DNA from: Bacteroidota bacterium
Lineage (GTDB): Bacteria; Bacteroidota; Bacteroidia; B-17B0; Aurantibacillaceae
Length of the DNA: 64,000 nucleotides
Assembly (NCBI GenBank): GCA_018267475.1
Contig: JAFDYI010000031.1
Coordinates: forward strand, 50,261-114,260
Direction: 5' to 3'
Both the position numbers and the translations under genes were made by a program. Of the stretch, positions 38,103 to 47,250 are shown piece after piece (position 1 is the stretch's first letter; every line of letters begins with the position of its first letter). The notes under the pieces were generated by a model. That model had not been told where the DNA came from, ran no database searches, and was given only the letters and a program-made list of their open reading frames with translations.

Positions 38103-38123
38103 TACTTTTGGCACTCTATTTGC
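38103..38123 (+). promoter_or_regulatory. Overlapping sigmaA -7 box and sigma54 -24/-12 motif upstream of degP
   Basis: TACTTTTG 38103..38110 and TGGCAC-TCTAT-TTGC 38109..38123 (exact sigma54 spacing). Confidence 0.5.
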
Positions 38124-38150
38124 GTTATCTGTTTTTAAGAACTGATTCTA

Positions 38151-38259
38151 AAAAAACAAATAAAAAAAGTATGAAATAACTCTGTTACCAGAAGAAAAAC
38201 AAAGAAACAACAGAGTTATACCATACGGCCATTAAAAAACAAATAAAAAAAGTATGAAA
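38151..38259 (+). repeat. 26-bp direct repeat of the degP start region enclosing an 11-bp inverted repeat
   Basis: AAAAAACAAATAAAAAAAGTATGAAA at 38151..38176 and 38234..38259; ATAACTCTGTT (38176..38186) / AACAGAGTTAT (38209..38219). Confidence 0.85.
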
Positions 38260-39732
38260 AAAGTATTGTCAACCTTGCTGATAGCTGCCGTAGGCGGTGG
38301 CGCGGCTCTTTTTATGCAACAAAAATTAGTAAAACAAACCGATGCTATAGCGCAACAAGAGGCGCAAGCCATTCCTGTTCACTTTGCTTCCTCATCTGGC
38401 GCCGTGGCAAGCGCTGCCCCTGATTTTACAGGCGCAGCCGAAACGTCAGTAAATACCGTTGTGCATATAAAAACACAAACTCAAGCTAAGTACGAAGACC
38501 AAATGTACTACAACCCCTTTCAACAATTTTTTTATGGCAACAGCCAGCCCCAGCAACGCATACAGCAAGGCAGCGGCTCTGGTGTTATTATTGATAAAAA
38601 CGGCTACATCGTTACCAACAACCACGTAATAAACGGGGCCGACAAAATAGAGGTAATCTTAAACGACAAACGCAGTTACCCAGCAGAACTGGTAGGAGCT
38701 GATCCTCAAACCGATTTAGCTCTTTTAAAAATAAATGAAAAAAATTTACCCTTCCTGCCCTACGGCAATTCAGACAATGTAAAAGTAGGCGAATGGTGTT
38801 TGGCCATAGGCAATCCCTTTAACCTTACCTCTACCATTACAGCCGGTATTATATCGGCCAAAGGAAGAAATATCAATATATTAGAAAACGACCCTTCTCG
38901 CGGTATTTTCCCTATAGAATCTTTTATACAAACCGATGCCGCCGTAAACCCAGGCAACAGCGGTGGTGCCTTAGTAAATACCAACGGAGATTTAATAGGC
39001 ATTAACTCGGCCATTGCCAGTCAAAACGGAGCTTACATAGGCTACTCTTTTGCCATTCCGGTAAATATGGTAAAAAAAGTAGTGGCCGATTTAGCTGAAT
39101 TTGGTACCGTACAACGCGCCTATATTGGCGTGAGCATACGCGATATTGACTCTAAATTAGCCGAAGAAAAATCTATAAAAGATTTGAACGGCGTATATGT
39201 AAACGGCCTTACCGAAAATGGAGCTGCTGAAAAAGCCGGTGTGCAAATAGGCGATGTTGTAACGAAAATAGAAGGTTTTAATGTAAACAACACTTCTTCT
39301 TTACAAGAACAAATAAGCAAATACCGCCCCGGAAATAAAATAGAAGTTACCCTGCTTAGAGGTAATAAAGAAATAAAAGTACCTGTCATTCTAAAAAACA
39401 AAGATGGCAATACCGACATCTTAAAAAAAGAAGCTGTAACCAAAGCAAAAGAAGTAACAACCATATCCGCCTTAGGCGCTAATTTTGAAGTGCTTGACCC
39501 CAGCGATATGAAAAAACTAAACATACAAAACGGTGTGCGCGTTACGAACTTGCAAAACGGCAAATTATACGCTGCCGGCATACGCGAAGGTTTTATCATT
39601 ACAGCAATAGATAAAAAGAAAATTCACAACATAGACGAGCTAAACCAAATACTAAAAAGCAAGCAAGGAGGCACCCTGATAGAAGGCATATACCCTAACG
39701 GAATGCGCGCCTATTACGGCTTCGGTATGTAA
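38254..39732 (+). CDS. degP: HtrA/DegP (Do family) serine protease
   Basis: GSGSGVII, VTNNHVI (His), TDLALLKI (Asp), IQTDAAVNPGNSGGAL (Ser), two PDZ domains. Confidence 0.95.
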   Translation: MKKVLSTLLIAAVGGGAALFMQQKLVKQTDAIAQQEAQAIPVHFASSSGAVASAAPDFTGAAETSVNTVVHIKTQTQAKYEDQMYYNPFQQFFYGNSQPQQRIQQGSGSGVIIDKNGYIVTNNHVINGADKIEVILNDKRSYPAELVGADPQTDLALLKINEKNLPFLPYGNSDNVKVGEWCLAIGNPFNLTSTITAGIISAKGRNINILENDPSRGIFPIESFIQTDAAVNPGNSGGALVNTNGDLIGINSAIASQNGAYIGYSFAIPVNMVKKVVADLAEFGTVQRAYIGVSIRDIDSKLAEEKSIKDLNGVYVNGLTENGAAEKAGVQIGDVVTKIEGFNVNNTSSLQEQISKYRPGNKIEVTLLRGNKEIKVPVILKNKDGNTDILKKEAVTKAKEVTTISALGANFEVLDPSDMKKLNIQNGVRVTNLQNGKLYAAGIREGFIITAIDKKKIHNIDELNQILKSKQGGTLIEGIYPNGMRAYYGFGM

Positions 39733-39845
39733 TTTTTTAATAACCTTGTGCTACTTAGCCTAAAACAAAAAAACGGACACAAAAGTAGTGCCGTTTTTTT
39801 TATCCTTTTAACAAACAAAGCATTTGCGCATACCACTAAATAGCG

Positions 39846-39853
39846 TATATTTG
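39846..39853 (+). promoter_or_regulatory. Bacteroidota sigmaA -7 box (TATATTTG)
   Basis: 26 nt upstream of the E2 gene start. Confidence 0.55.
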
Positions 39854-39879
39854 GGCGTTTTAAAAAAAAGAAAATAACA

Positions 39880-41205
39880 ATGGCACAACACGAATTGGTA
39901 ATGCCCAAAATGGGTGAAAGCGTAGCAGAAGCAACCATCATTAAATGGCTAAAAAATGAGGGCGATAAAATTAAAATTGACGAAACCGTTTTAGAAATAG
40001 CCACCGACAAAGTAGATAGCGAAATACCCTCATCTTTTGAAGGTGTTTTAATAAAAAAACTTTTCAAAGAAGGCGATGTAGTGCAGGTAGGAACCGCCAT
40101 TGCCCTTATCTCTTCTGATGCCCATGCCACAGCAGATACCCCCGCCCCTGCCCCAACAAGCACTGCTGCAAAAGCAGAAAATACGGCGCCGGCAAAAAAT
40201 ATTGCGGCTGCTTCGCATCAAGAAACTCCCAACTTTTCGCAAAGCAACCGTTTTTACTCTCCTTTAGTAAAAAACATCGCCAAAGAAGAAGGCATTAGTG
40301 TACAAGAACTTGAAAAAATTGCCGGTACCGGAAAAGACGGGCGTGTAACCAAAGTAGATATTTTAAACTACATACCCAACCGTAGCAACGGCTCATCAAC
40401 CGCCACAGTAGTAGAAGAACGCATAGAAAAACCCGTAGCTAAAGCCAGCAACGGGCAAGCCCCCGCACACAAACCGGCAGCCGTATCGCTTATGGCGGGC
40501 GACGAAATTATTGAAATGGACCGCATGCGTAAACTCATTGCCGACCACATGGTAATGAGCAAACACGTATCGCCACACGTAACCTCTTTTGTAGAAGCCG
40601 ATGTAACCAATATGGTGTTGTGGCGCGAAAAAGTAAAAAAACAATTTGAAAAACGCGAAGGCGAAAAAATGACCTTTACGCCCCTTTTTGTAGAAGCCGT
40701 AGCTAAAGCTATAAAAGATTTCCCAATGATAAACGTATCTGTTGATGGGCATAATATCGTGAAACGTAAATCCATCAACATCGGCATGGCAGCCGCCCTA
40801 CCCAGCGGCAACCTAATAGTACCCGTAATACGAAATGCCGACGAAAAAAACTTAGTGGGTTTAACCAAATCAGTAAACGATTTGGCCAACCGCGCGCGCG
40901 CCAACAAACTGCAACCCGACGACATTCAAGGAGGTACTTTTACCTTAACCAACGTAGGGGGGTTTGGCAACGTTATGGGCACTCCCATCATAAACCAACC
41001 ACAAGTAGCTATTATGGCCACAGGAACCATAAAAAAGAAACCGGCTGTTTTAGAAACCCCACATGGAGACGTGATAGCCATACGTCACATGATGTTCCTT
41101 TCCTTATCGTACGACCACCGCGTGGTGGACGGCAGTTTGGGAGGCAACTTTTTGCGCAAAGTGGCTGATTATATGGAAAACTTTGATGTTAATCGGTCAT
41201 TTTAA
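39880..41205 (+). CDS. 2-oxo-acid dehydrogenase E2 dihydrolipoamide acyltransferase (probably branched-chain complex)
   Basis: Lipoyl domain MPKMGESV...ATDKVDSE; E3-binding SPLVKNIA...GTGKDGRVTK; catalytic DHRVVDG. Confidence 0.92.
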   Translation: MAQHELVMPKMGESVAEATIIKWLKNEGDKIKIDETVLEIATDKVDSEIPSSFEGVLIKKLFKEGDVVQVGTAIALISSDAHATADTPAPAPTSTAAKAENTAPAKNIAAASHQETPNFSQSNRFYSPLVKNIAKEEGISVQELEKIAGTGKDGRVTKVDILNYIPNRSNGSSTATVVEERIEKPVAKASNGQAPAHKPAAVSLMAGDEIIEMDRMRKLIADHMVMSKHVSPHVTSFVEADVTNMVLWREKVKKQFEKREGEKMTFTPLFVEAVAKAIKDFPMINVSVDGHNIVKRKSINIGMAAALPSGNLIVPVIRNADEKNLVGLTKSVNDLANRARANKLQPDDIQGGTFTLTNVGGFGNVMGTPIINQPQVAIMATGTIKKKPAVLETPHGDVIAIRHMMFLSLSYDHRVVDGSLGGNFLRKVADYMENFDVNRSF

Positions 41206-41235
41206 ATAATTTGTCGGTAAAAAGCTAATTTATTA

Positions 41236-41243
41236 TATATTTG
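41236..41243 (+). promoter_or_regulatory. Bacteroidota sigmaA -7 box (TATATTTG)
   Basis: 31 nt upstream of ATG 41275. Confidence 0.5.
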
Positions 41244-41274
41244 CATCTTTAAAACCTAAATTTAGTTTCGTATT

Positions 41275-43935
41275 ATGAAAAAAAGTGCCTTGTTTGCTGT
41301 TTGTTTTTTATTCTTAAACGCGCTTTTTGTAGCACAAGAAGCAACTCCTGTTTTTAAGGATAAAGGATCCTATAAAAAGAATTTTTTAGAGGGCAACCTT
41401 AACATCGGCGATATGGAATACGATGTGGCTTTGAAATACTTTTTATATGCCTACAAATACGATTCTACCACAGCTAATGTTAATTTTAAAGTAGGATTTT
41501 GCTACATAAAAAGCAACGATAGCCAAAAACACTTAGCCGAAAAATACTTAGAAAAAGCGGTTACCAACGTTACCAAACGATATATTGACGACGATCCTAC
41601 CTTTAAAAAAGCCCCAATACAAGCCTATTTTTATTTAGGGCAAATGTATCACTTAGATGGCCGCTTAGACGAGGCTCTGAAAATGTACGAAACCTATGAA
41701 TCTTACGTAAACCCTAAAGATAAAGAAGAACACCGTTGGATAGAACATTTTAAAACACAAATACAAAATGCCAAACGTATGCTGGGCGCTCCGCTTAATG
41801 TAAGCATGAAAAACTTAGGACCCAAAATAAACTCGCAATACCCTGAGTATTCGCCGGTTATAACGGCTGATGAGCAAGTACTTTATTACACCACGCGCCG
41901 CCCTACCACTACCGGCGGGATGCGCGCCGAAGGCGATGGAAATTACTACGAAGATATTGTTGTTTCCTACAAGGATAAAGATGGAAACTGGGGAGAGCCC
42001 GCCACCATTAGCCCTTTCATAAACACCAACGGCAATGAGGCTACTATTAGCCTTACACCCGATGGACAAACCCTTATTATTTACAAAGATATTGGCGATG
42101 GAAGAAGCGGCGATATTTATTACTCCTCTTTTGACGGAAAAGACTGGACCATACCTACCCGCTTTGGCTCTAACATCAATACCGAATACTGGGAAACCCA
42201 TGCTTGCTTATCGCGCGATGGGCAAACCCTATACTTTGTAAGCGACCGGCCAGGCGGACTGGGAGGACGAGACATATATCGTTGCGTAAAGCTACCTAAC
42301 GGGCAATGGAGCTTAGCCACAAATGTAGGCGCCCCAATCAACACTCCTTACGATGAAGACGGACCTTTCTTAGGTGCTGACGGTATTACTTTTTATTTCT
42401 CCTCAAACGGCGATAAATCAATGGGAGGTTTTGACATTATGTTTTCTATCATAGATGAAAACGGCAAATTTTCAGAACCTATGTCTATGGGAACCCCTAT
42501 TAACACTACCGATGACGATGTGTTTTACGTAGCAACCCCCGACAATAAACACTTTTATCTATCCTCGTCGCACGAATACATCAACAAAAACGATGTGCAC
42601 GACAAAAGTTATGGCGACAAAGACTTATACGTAGGCAGTGTAGATTTAATAAAAGAAAATCCATTAGCCTTATTTAAAGGTCGTTTTTCTCCGGGCCCCT
42701 GCGATAGTTTACCTGATGACCTATCAATTATTGTAACCTCTGTTTCTACCGGCGAGGTAGTAGGAACCTACAGACCACAACGCAAAACCGGAACCTTTAG
42801 CGTTATTATTCCTCCAGGAAGCAAATACCACTTTTCGTATCAACAAAACGGAAATGAAATATCAAGTGAAGATGTTTTTGTGCCCGCCGATATTGCGTAC
42901 GAAGAAATTCAAAAAGCCATTGGTTTAAAACCTATCAACACCTGTCCCGGTGCAGAAAATATGTTGGGCGATACCACCAAAAGCCCTGTTGCTTTAAATG
43001 TGTTGGTGCTTAATAACAAAAAAGACAAAAAACCAATTCATAATGCTGTTATCACTCTAAAAACCAAAGGCACTCCAGACTTTACAACAAAATCTGATGA
43101 AGACGGCCGTAGAAACGCGATTGCCCTTGCCACTGAAAAAAGCTACGAATTACAAGCCACCTCTAACGGAAAAAGCGGAAAAGCCGTAGTGTTTAATACC
43201 ATTGGCGTAAAAGGTAAAAAAGTATATGAAAAAACCATTTATGTTGAAAAAAATCCGGGCGATGATACCGAGTTAAACCTAGCTCTTACCATTTTAAACA
43301 ACCGCAAAAACCAGCAGCCCGTAGCCAACGCCAATGTTACTATTGTAGGCACTGATGGAAGCACCGTTACCGGTACAACCAACGAAAAAGGTATTTTGAA
43401 TAATGTGGCTTTAAACCCTGATGTAAACTATGAAGTAAACATAGAAAAAGATGGAGTTACCAAAAGCGCTGTGGTATCTACCCAAGGCTTTAAAAAATCA
43501 AGAACCGTAAATAAAACCGTTTATCTAAAAGGAGGAGCCTCTGAAGTGCCCGACAACAGCGTGTTAGAAGGCGATTGTTTTACTTTTTACTTTAAATATA
43601 ACATGAACGAAGTTGACGAAACAGCCCCTAATTACAAAAAATTCGTTGAAATCATCACCGCCTTTAAAAATGGTGGAGGAAAAGTAACTATTGATGTAAA
43701 CGCCAGTGCCTCTACTGTACCTACCCATAAATACACCAGCAACAAGGAGTTGGCGCAAACAAGAGCAAACGAATCTATCTTTAAACTAAAAAACAGTTTG
43801 AAGAAAAACGGCATTACTGAAATTACTACCGGAACAAACGAGGCTAGCGTAAACGGCCCTGCGTACAACCACGACCGAAACAACACCGAGTTGTACGAAA
43901 AATACCAGTACGTAAAAATTTGTTTAAAAAGATAG
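41275..43935 (+). CDS. TPR + PD40 (WD40-like) + beta-sandwich repeats + degenerate OmpA-like domain protein (PorE-like architecture)
   Basis: TPR helices (ANVNFKVGFCY, AYFYLGQMYH); PD40 repeats (INSQYPEYSPVITADEQ, INTNGNEATISLTPDG, INTEYWETHACLSRDG, INTPYDEDGPF); C-terminal 'FYFKYN...ELAQTRA'. Confidence 0.8.
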   Translation: MKKSALFAVCFLFLNALFVAQEATPVFKDKGSYKKNFLEGNLNIGDMEYDVALKYFLYAYKYDSTTANVNFKVGFCYIKSNDSQKHLAEKYLEKAVTNVTKRYIDDDPTFKKAPIQAYFYLGQMYHLDGRLDEALKMYETYESYVNPKDKEEHRWIEHFKTQIQNAKRMLGAPLNVSMKNLGPKINSQYPEYSPVITADEQVLYYTTRRPTTTGGMRAEGDGNYYEDIVVSYKDKDGNWGEPATISPFINTNGNEATISLTPDGQTLIIYKDIGDGRSGDIYYSSFDGKDWTIPTRFGSNINTEYWETHACLSRDGQTLYFVSDRPGGLGGRDIYRCVKLPNGQWSLATNVGAPINTPYDEDGPFLGADGITFYFSSNGDKSMGGFDIMFSIIDENGKFSEPMSMGTPINTTDDDVFYVATPDNKHFYLSSSHEYINKNDVHDKSYGDKDLYVGSVDLIKENPLALFKGRFSPGPCDSLPDDLSIIVTSVSTGEVVGTYRPQRKTGTFSVIIPPGSKYHFSYQQNGNEISSEDVFVPADIAYEEIQKAIGLKPINTCPGAENMLGDTTKSPVALNVLVLNNKKDKKPIHNAVITLKTKGTPDFTTKSDEDGRRNAIALATEKSYELQATSNGKSGKAVVFNTIGVKGKKVYEKTIYVEKNPGDDTELNLALTILNNRKNQQPVANANVTIVGTDGSTVTGTTNEKGILNNVALNPDVNYEVNIEKDGVTKSAVVSTQGFKKSRTVNKTVYLKGGASEVPDNSVLEGDCFTFYFKYNMNEVDETAPNYKKFVEIITAFKNGGGKVTIDVNASASTVPTHKYTSNKELAQTRANESIFKLKNSLKKNGITEITTGTNEASVNGPAYNHDRNNTELYEKYQYVKICLKR

Positions 43936-44042
43936 TTTGTAAAAAATAACAGCCTCTATACGTTCTATTTTTTCGTCTAAAATTATTTTGCGGATACTCT
44001 TAATTGAGTAATTTGGCAGCCTAAATTTTAATATAAAAACGT

Positions 44043-45218
44043 ATGAAAGAAGTATATATCGTGTCGGCTATAAGAACGCCAATAGGTTCCTTTAATGGGG
44101 TATTATCAAGCGTATCGGCCACTAAATTAGGAGCCGCAGCTATTAAAGGTGCCTTAGATAAAATAAAACTAGCACCCACCGAGATACAGCAAGTATATAT
44201 GGGCAGCGTGCTGCAAGGTAACTTAGGACAAGCGCCGGCTCGCCAGGCAGCTAAATTTGCCGGTTTGCCCAACGAAACGCAATGCACCACCATAAATAAA
44301 GTTTGTGCATCGGGTTTAAAATCTATTGTTATCGCAGCGCAAAACATCATGCTTGGCGATGCCGAAGTAGTAGTGGCAGGCGGTATGGAAAACATGAGTC
44401 AAACCCCCTACTATTTAGATAACGCGCGCAATGGGTACCGCTTAGGCAACGGCACTGTAATTGATGGTCTGGTAAAAGATGGATTAACCGACGTATATAA
44501 CCAAAGCCACATGGGTAATTCAGCCGAGTTGTGCGCAAAAGAATACGGTATTAGTCGCGAAGCCCAAGATGCTTACGCTATTGAGTCGTATAAACGTTCG
44601 GCTCAAGCCTGGAAAGAGGGAAAGTTTACCGAAGAAGTTGTTCCGGTTACGGTATCTTCAAAAAAAGGCGATGTAGTAATTGCCGAAGATGAAGAGTACA
44701 AGCAAGTTAATTTTGAAAAAATACCCCAACTAAAACCGGTTTTTCAAAAAGAAGGAACTGTTACAGCTGCCAACGCATCTACCCTTAACGACGGAGCAGC
44801 CGCCTTGGTGTTGATGAGTAAAGAAAAAGCTGAAAAATTAGGACTAAAACCTTTGGCAAAAATAAAAGGCTATGCCGATGCCGAACAAGCCCCTGAGTGG
44901 TTTACCACCGCACCAGCAAAAGCCATTCCGGCAGCTATACAAAAAAGCGGTTTACAAAACAGCGACATCGAATACTTTGAAATAAACGAAGCCTTTTCAG
45001 TAGTAGCCTTGGCCAACAACAACCTATTAAAACTAGACGCCTCTAAAGTGAACATAAACGGAGGAGCCGTTGCCCTTGGGCACCCCTTGGGTTGCAGCGG
45101 AGCGCGCATTGTAGTTACCTTACTACACATACTAAAACAAAAAAATGCAAAATACGGAGTAGCCGGTATTTGCAATGGCGGCGGCGGCGGCAGCGCCTTA
45201 GTAATAGAACGAATGTAA
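44043..45218 (+). CDS. Acetyl-CoA C-acyltransferase (thiolase)
   Basis: AIRTPIGSF, NKVCASG (Cys), GGMENMS, NASTLNDGAAA, EINEAF, GHPLGCSG, GICNGGGG. Confidence 0.96.
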   Translation: MKEVYIVSAIRTPIGSFNGVLSSVSATKLGAAAIKGALDKIKLAPTEIQQVYMGSVLQGNLGQAPARQAAKFAGLPNETQCTTINKVCASGLKSIVIAAQNIMLGDAEVVVAGGMENMSQTPYYLDNARNGYRLGNGTVIDGLVKDGLTDVYNQSHMGNSAELCAKEYGISREAQDAYAIESYKRSAQAWKEGKFTEEVVPVTVSSKKGDVVIAEDEEYKQVNFEKIPQLKPVFQKEGTVTAANASTLNDGAAALVLMSKEKAEKLGLKPLAKIKGYADAEQAPEWFTTAPAKAIPAAIQKSGLQNSDIEYFEINEAFSVVALANNNLLKLDASKVNINGGAVALGHPLGCSGARIVVTLLHILKQKNAKYGVAGICNGGGGGSALVIERM

Positions 45219-45264
45219 CTCGGCCTTTGTCAATTAATTATTTTTCTTTTTTAGCATAAAGAAT

Positions 45265-46047
45265 ATGTTTGGTATATGCAACCAAAGTATAGTACCTTGC
45301 CGGGCAGAAGCCTCGCACCAAAGTGAGATGGTTACACAACTCTTGTTTGGCGAACATTTTACGATTATTAAAGAAACCGAAGATTGGGTACACATTCTTA
45401 CCGCCTATGATGAATATACCTGCTGGATAAGCAACAAACAATTTGCCTATATAAAAGAAACTACCTTCCAACAATTAAACCAATGGCAGCCTCTATGCGC
45501 CGAACCCATACAGCTTTTAAAAGATAAAAAAACAGACGTTTTTTTTCCAATAGTAGCCGGAAGCACGTTACCCTTTTTTGAAAAAAGCAAGCTGCAAATA
45601 GAAAGTAATTTATACGAATATACAGGCGAATACATTCAGCCCGGCCTTAAAACAAGCAGTAGAAAAAACATAGTAACTACTGCCCTCACCTACCTAAACA
45701 GCCCTTACCTATGGGGAGGACGCAGCTTATTAGGTATAGATTGCTCCGGTTTTACTCAAATCGTTTTTAAATTAAACGGGCTAAAGCTACCCCGCGATGC
45801 TTCGCAGCAAACGCATTTAGGCACACCGCTATCTTTTTTAGAAGAAGCCAAAGAGGGCGACCTTGCTTTTTTTGACAATGAAGCAGGCAACATCATACAT
45901 GTAGGCATTGTGCTTTCAAACAACCAAATTATACACGCCTCCGGAAAAGTACGTATAGATACCTTAGACCATCACGGCATTTTTAATACCGATACAAAAA
46001 AATACTCGCACCACCTACGCGTACTAAAAAAAATAATAGAAGCATAA
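45265..46047 (+). CDS. SH3b + NlpC/P60 peptidase (YkfC-like)
   Basis: SEMVTQLLFGE, PYLWGG, GIDCSGF (Cys), LPRDASQQ, HVGI (His), IIHAS. Confidence 0.92.
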   Translation: MFGICNQSIVPCRAEASHQSEMVTQLLFGEHFTIIKETEDWVHILTAYDEYTCWISNKQFAYIKETTFQQLNQWQPLCAEPIQLLKDKKTDVFFPIVAGSTLPFFEKSKLQIESNLYEYTGEYIQPGLKTSSRKNIVTTALTYLNSPYLWGGRSLLGIDCSGFTQIVFKLNGLKLPRDASQQTHLGTPLSFLEEAKEGDLAFFDNEAGNIIHVGIVLSNNQIIHASGKVRIDTLDHHGIFNTDTKKYSHHLRVLKKIIEA

Positions 46048-46087
46048 AAAACTTCTTTCCTTTCTACAAAAAAGCAATGACATCAAT

Positions 46088-47155
46088 ATGACTAAAGAAG
46101 AAAAAATAAAATCCTTTAACCCGAACGATATAGGAAACACCCACGCCGGTATGTATGGCCTGCCCTTTACGCAAGAAGAATGTGAAATACAGATTATTCC
46201 GGCACCTTGGGAGGTAACCGTAAGCTATGGAGGCAACACCGCCCAGGCACCCTACGCCGTTTTAGATGCCTCCTACCAAGTAGATTTGTACGACCCCTTT
46301 GTGCCTAACGCCTGGAAAATGGGTATCTTTTTTGATGACTTAGAAGAAAGCATTAGCTTTAAAAGCCACACCATGCGCCAAAAGGCCGAAACCTATATAA
46401 ATGCTTTATCAGAAGGAGAGAAAGTGCAAAACAACGCCGCCTTGCAAAAAACAGCGCAAGAAGTAAACGAAGCCTGTAGCGCTATGAACGACTGGGTAAA
46501 ACAACGATGCCTACACTTTCTTAATCAAAACAAAATAGTGGGTTTGCTGGGTGGCGACCACTCTACCCCCTTAGGCATGATACAGGCCTTGGCCGAAAAA
46601 TACCCTCACTTTGCTATTTTACAAATAGATGCCCACGCCGACTTGCGAGATGCTTACGAAGGCTTTAAGTTCTCACATGCCTCCATTATGTTTAATGCTT
46701 TAAAAACAAAAGCCGTAAGTAAATTAGTGCAAGTAGGTATTAGAGATTATTGCGAGGAAGAGTTACACATAATGAAAAAGGAAAACGGGCGTGTAATTAC
46801 ATTTTTTGATAGAGATATAAAACAGCAACAATATGTTGGAAAAACGTGGAGCGATATATGCGATGAAATTATAGCCAACCTACCCCAACATATTTATTTA
46901 AGTTTTGATATTGATGGCTTAGATCCCAAGCTGTGCCCTCATACCGGAACCCCCGTAGCGGGTGGTTTTGAAAGCGAACAAGTACTTTTTTTGCTAGAAA
47001 AAATAGTAAAAGCCGAAAAAAAAATAATTGCTTTTGATTTGAATGAAGTATCGCCTTCTACTAACAAAGATGATGATTGGGACGCTAATGTAGCCGCCCG
47101 ATTGTTATATCGCATAGCCAACCTGGCGGCGCACTCCAACGGCGTAAGGGCTTAA
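46088..47155 (+). CDS. Agmatinase/ureohydrolase family protein
   Basis: LGGDHS, IDAHADL, VQVGIRD, SFDIDGLDP, TGTPVAGG, DLNEV. Confidence 0.9.
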   Translation: MTKEEKIKSFNPNDIGNTHAGMYGLPFTQEECEIQIIPAPWEVTVSYGGNTAQAPYAVLDASYQVDLYDPFVPNAWKMGIFFDDLEESISFKSHTMRQKAETYINALSEGEKVQNNAALQKTAQEVNEACSAMNDWVKQRCLHFLNQNKIVGLLGGDHSTPLGMIQALAEKYPHFAILQIDAHADLRDAYEGFKFSHASIMFNALKTKAVSKLVQVGIRDYCEEELHIMKKENGRVITFFDRDIKQQQYVGKTWSDICDEIIANLPQHIYLSFDIDGLDPKLCPHTGTPVAGGFESEQVLFLLEKIVKAEKKIIAFDLNEVSPSTNKDDDWDANVAARLLYRIANLAAHSNGVRA

Positions 47156-47250
47156 ATACGAACTAACGGTACAGCAAAACAGCTAAGAATATTTTTAGTA
47201 CGTGCCGGAAAAGTCGTACCTTTATACGATTAAAAAAAGATATTTTTATT

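Noticed and set aside
38108-38134. Possible CIRCE (HrcA) operator before degP
   Set aside because: Only the left half resembles CIRCE (TTGGCACTC); the right arm after 9 nt is TATCTGTTT, not GAGTGCTAA.
47156-47250. glmS ribozyme upstream of glmS
   Set aside because: The intergenic region is about 95 nt, AT-rich and lacks the conserved core or any strong stems.
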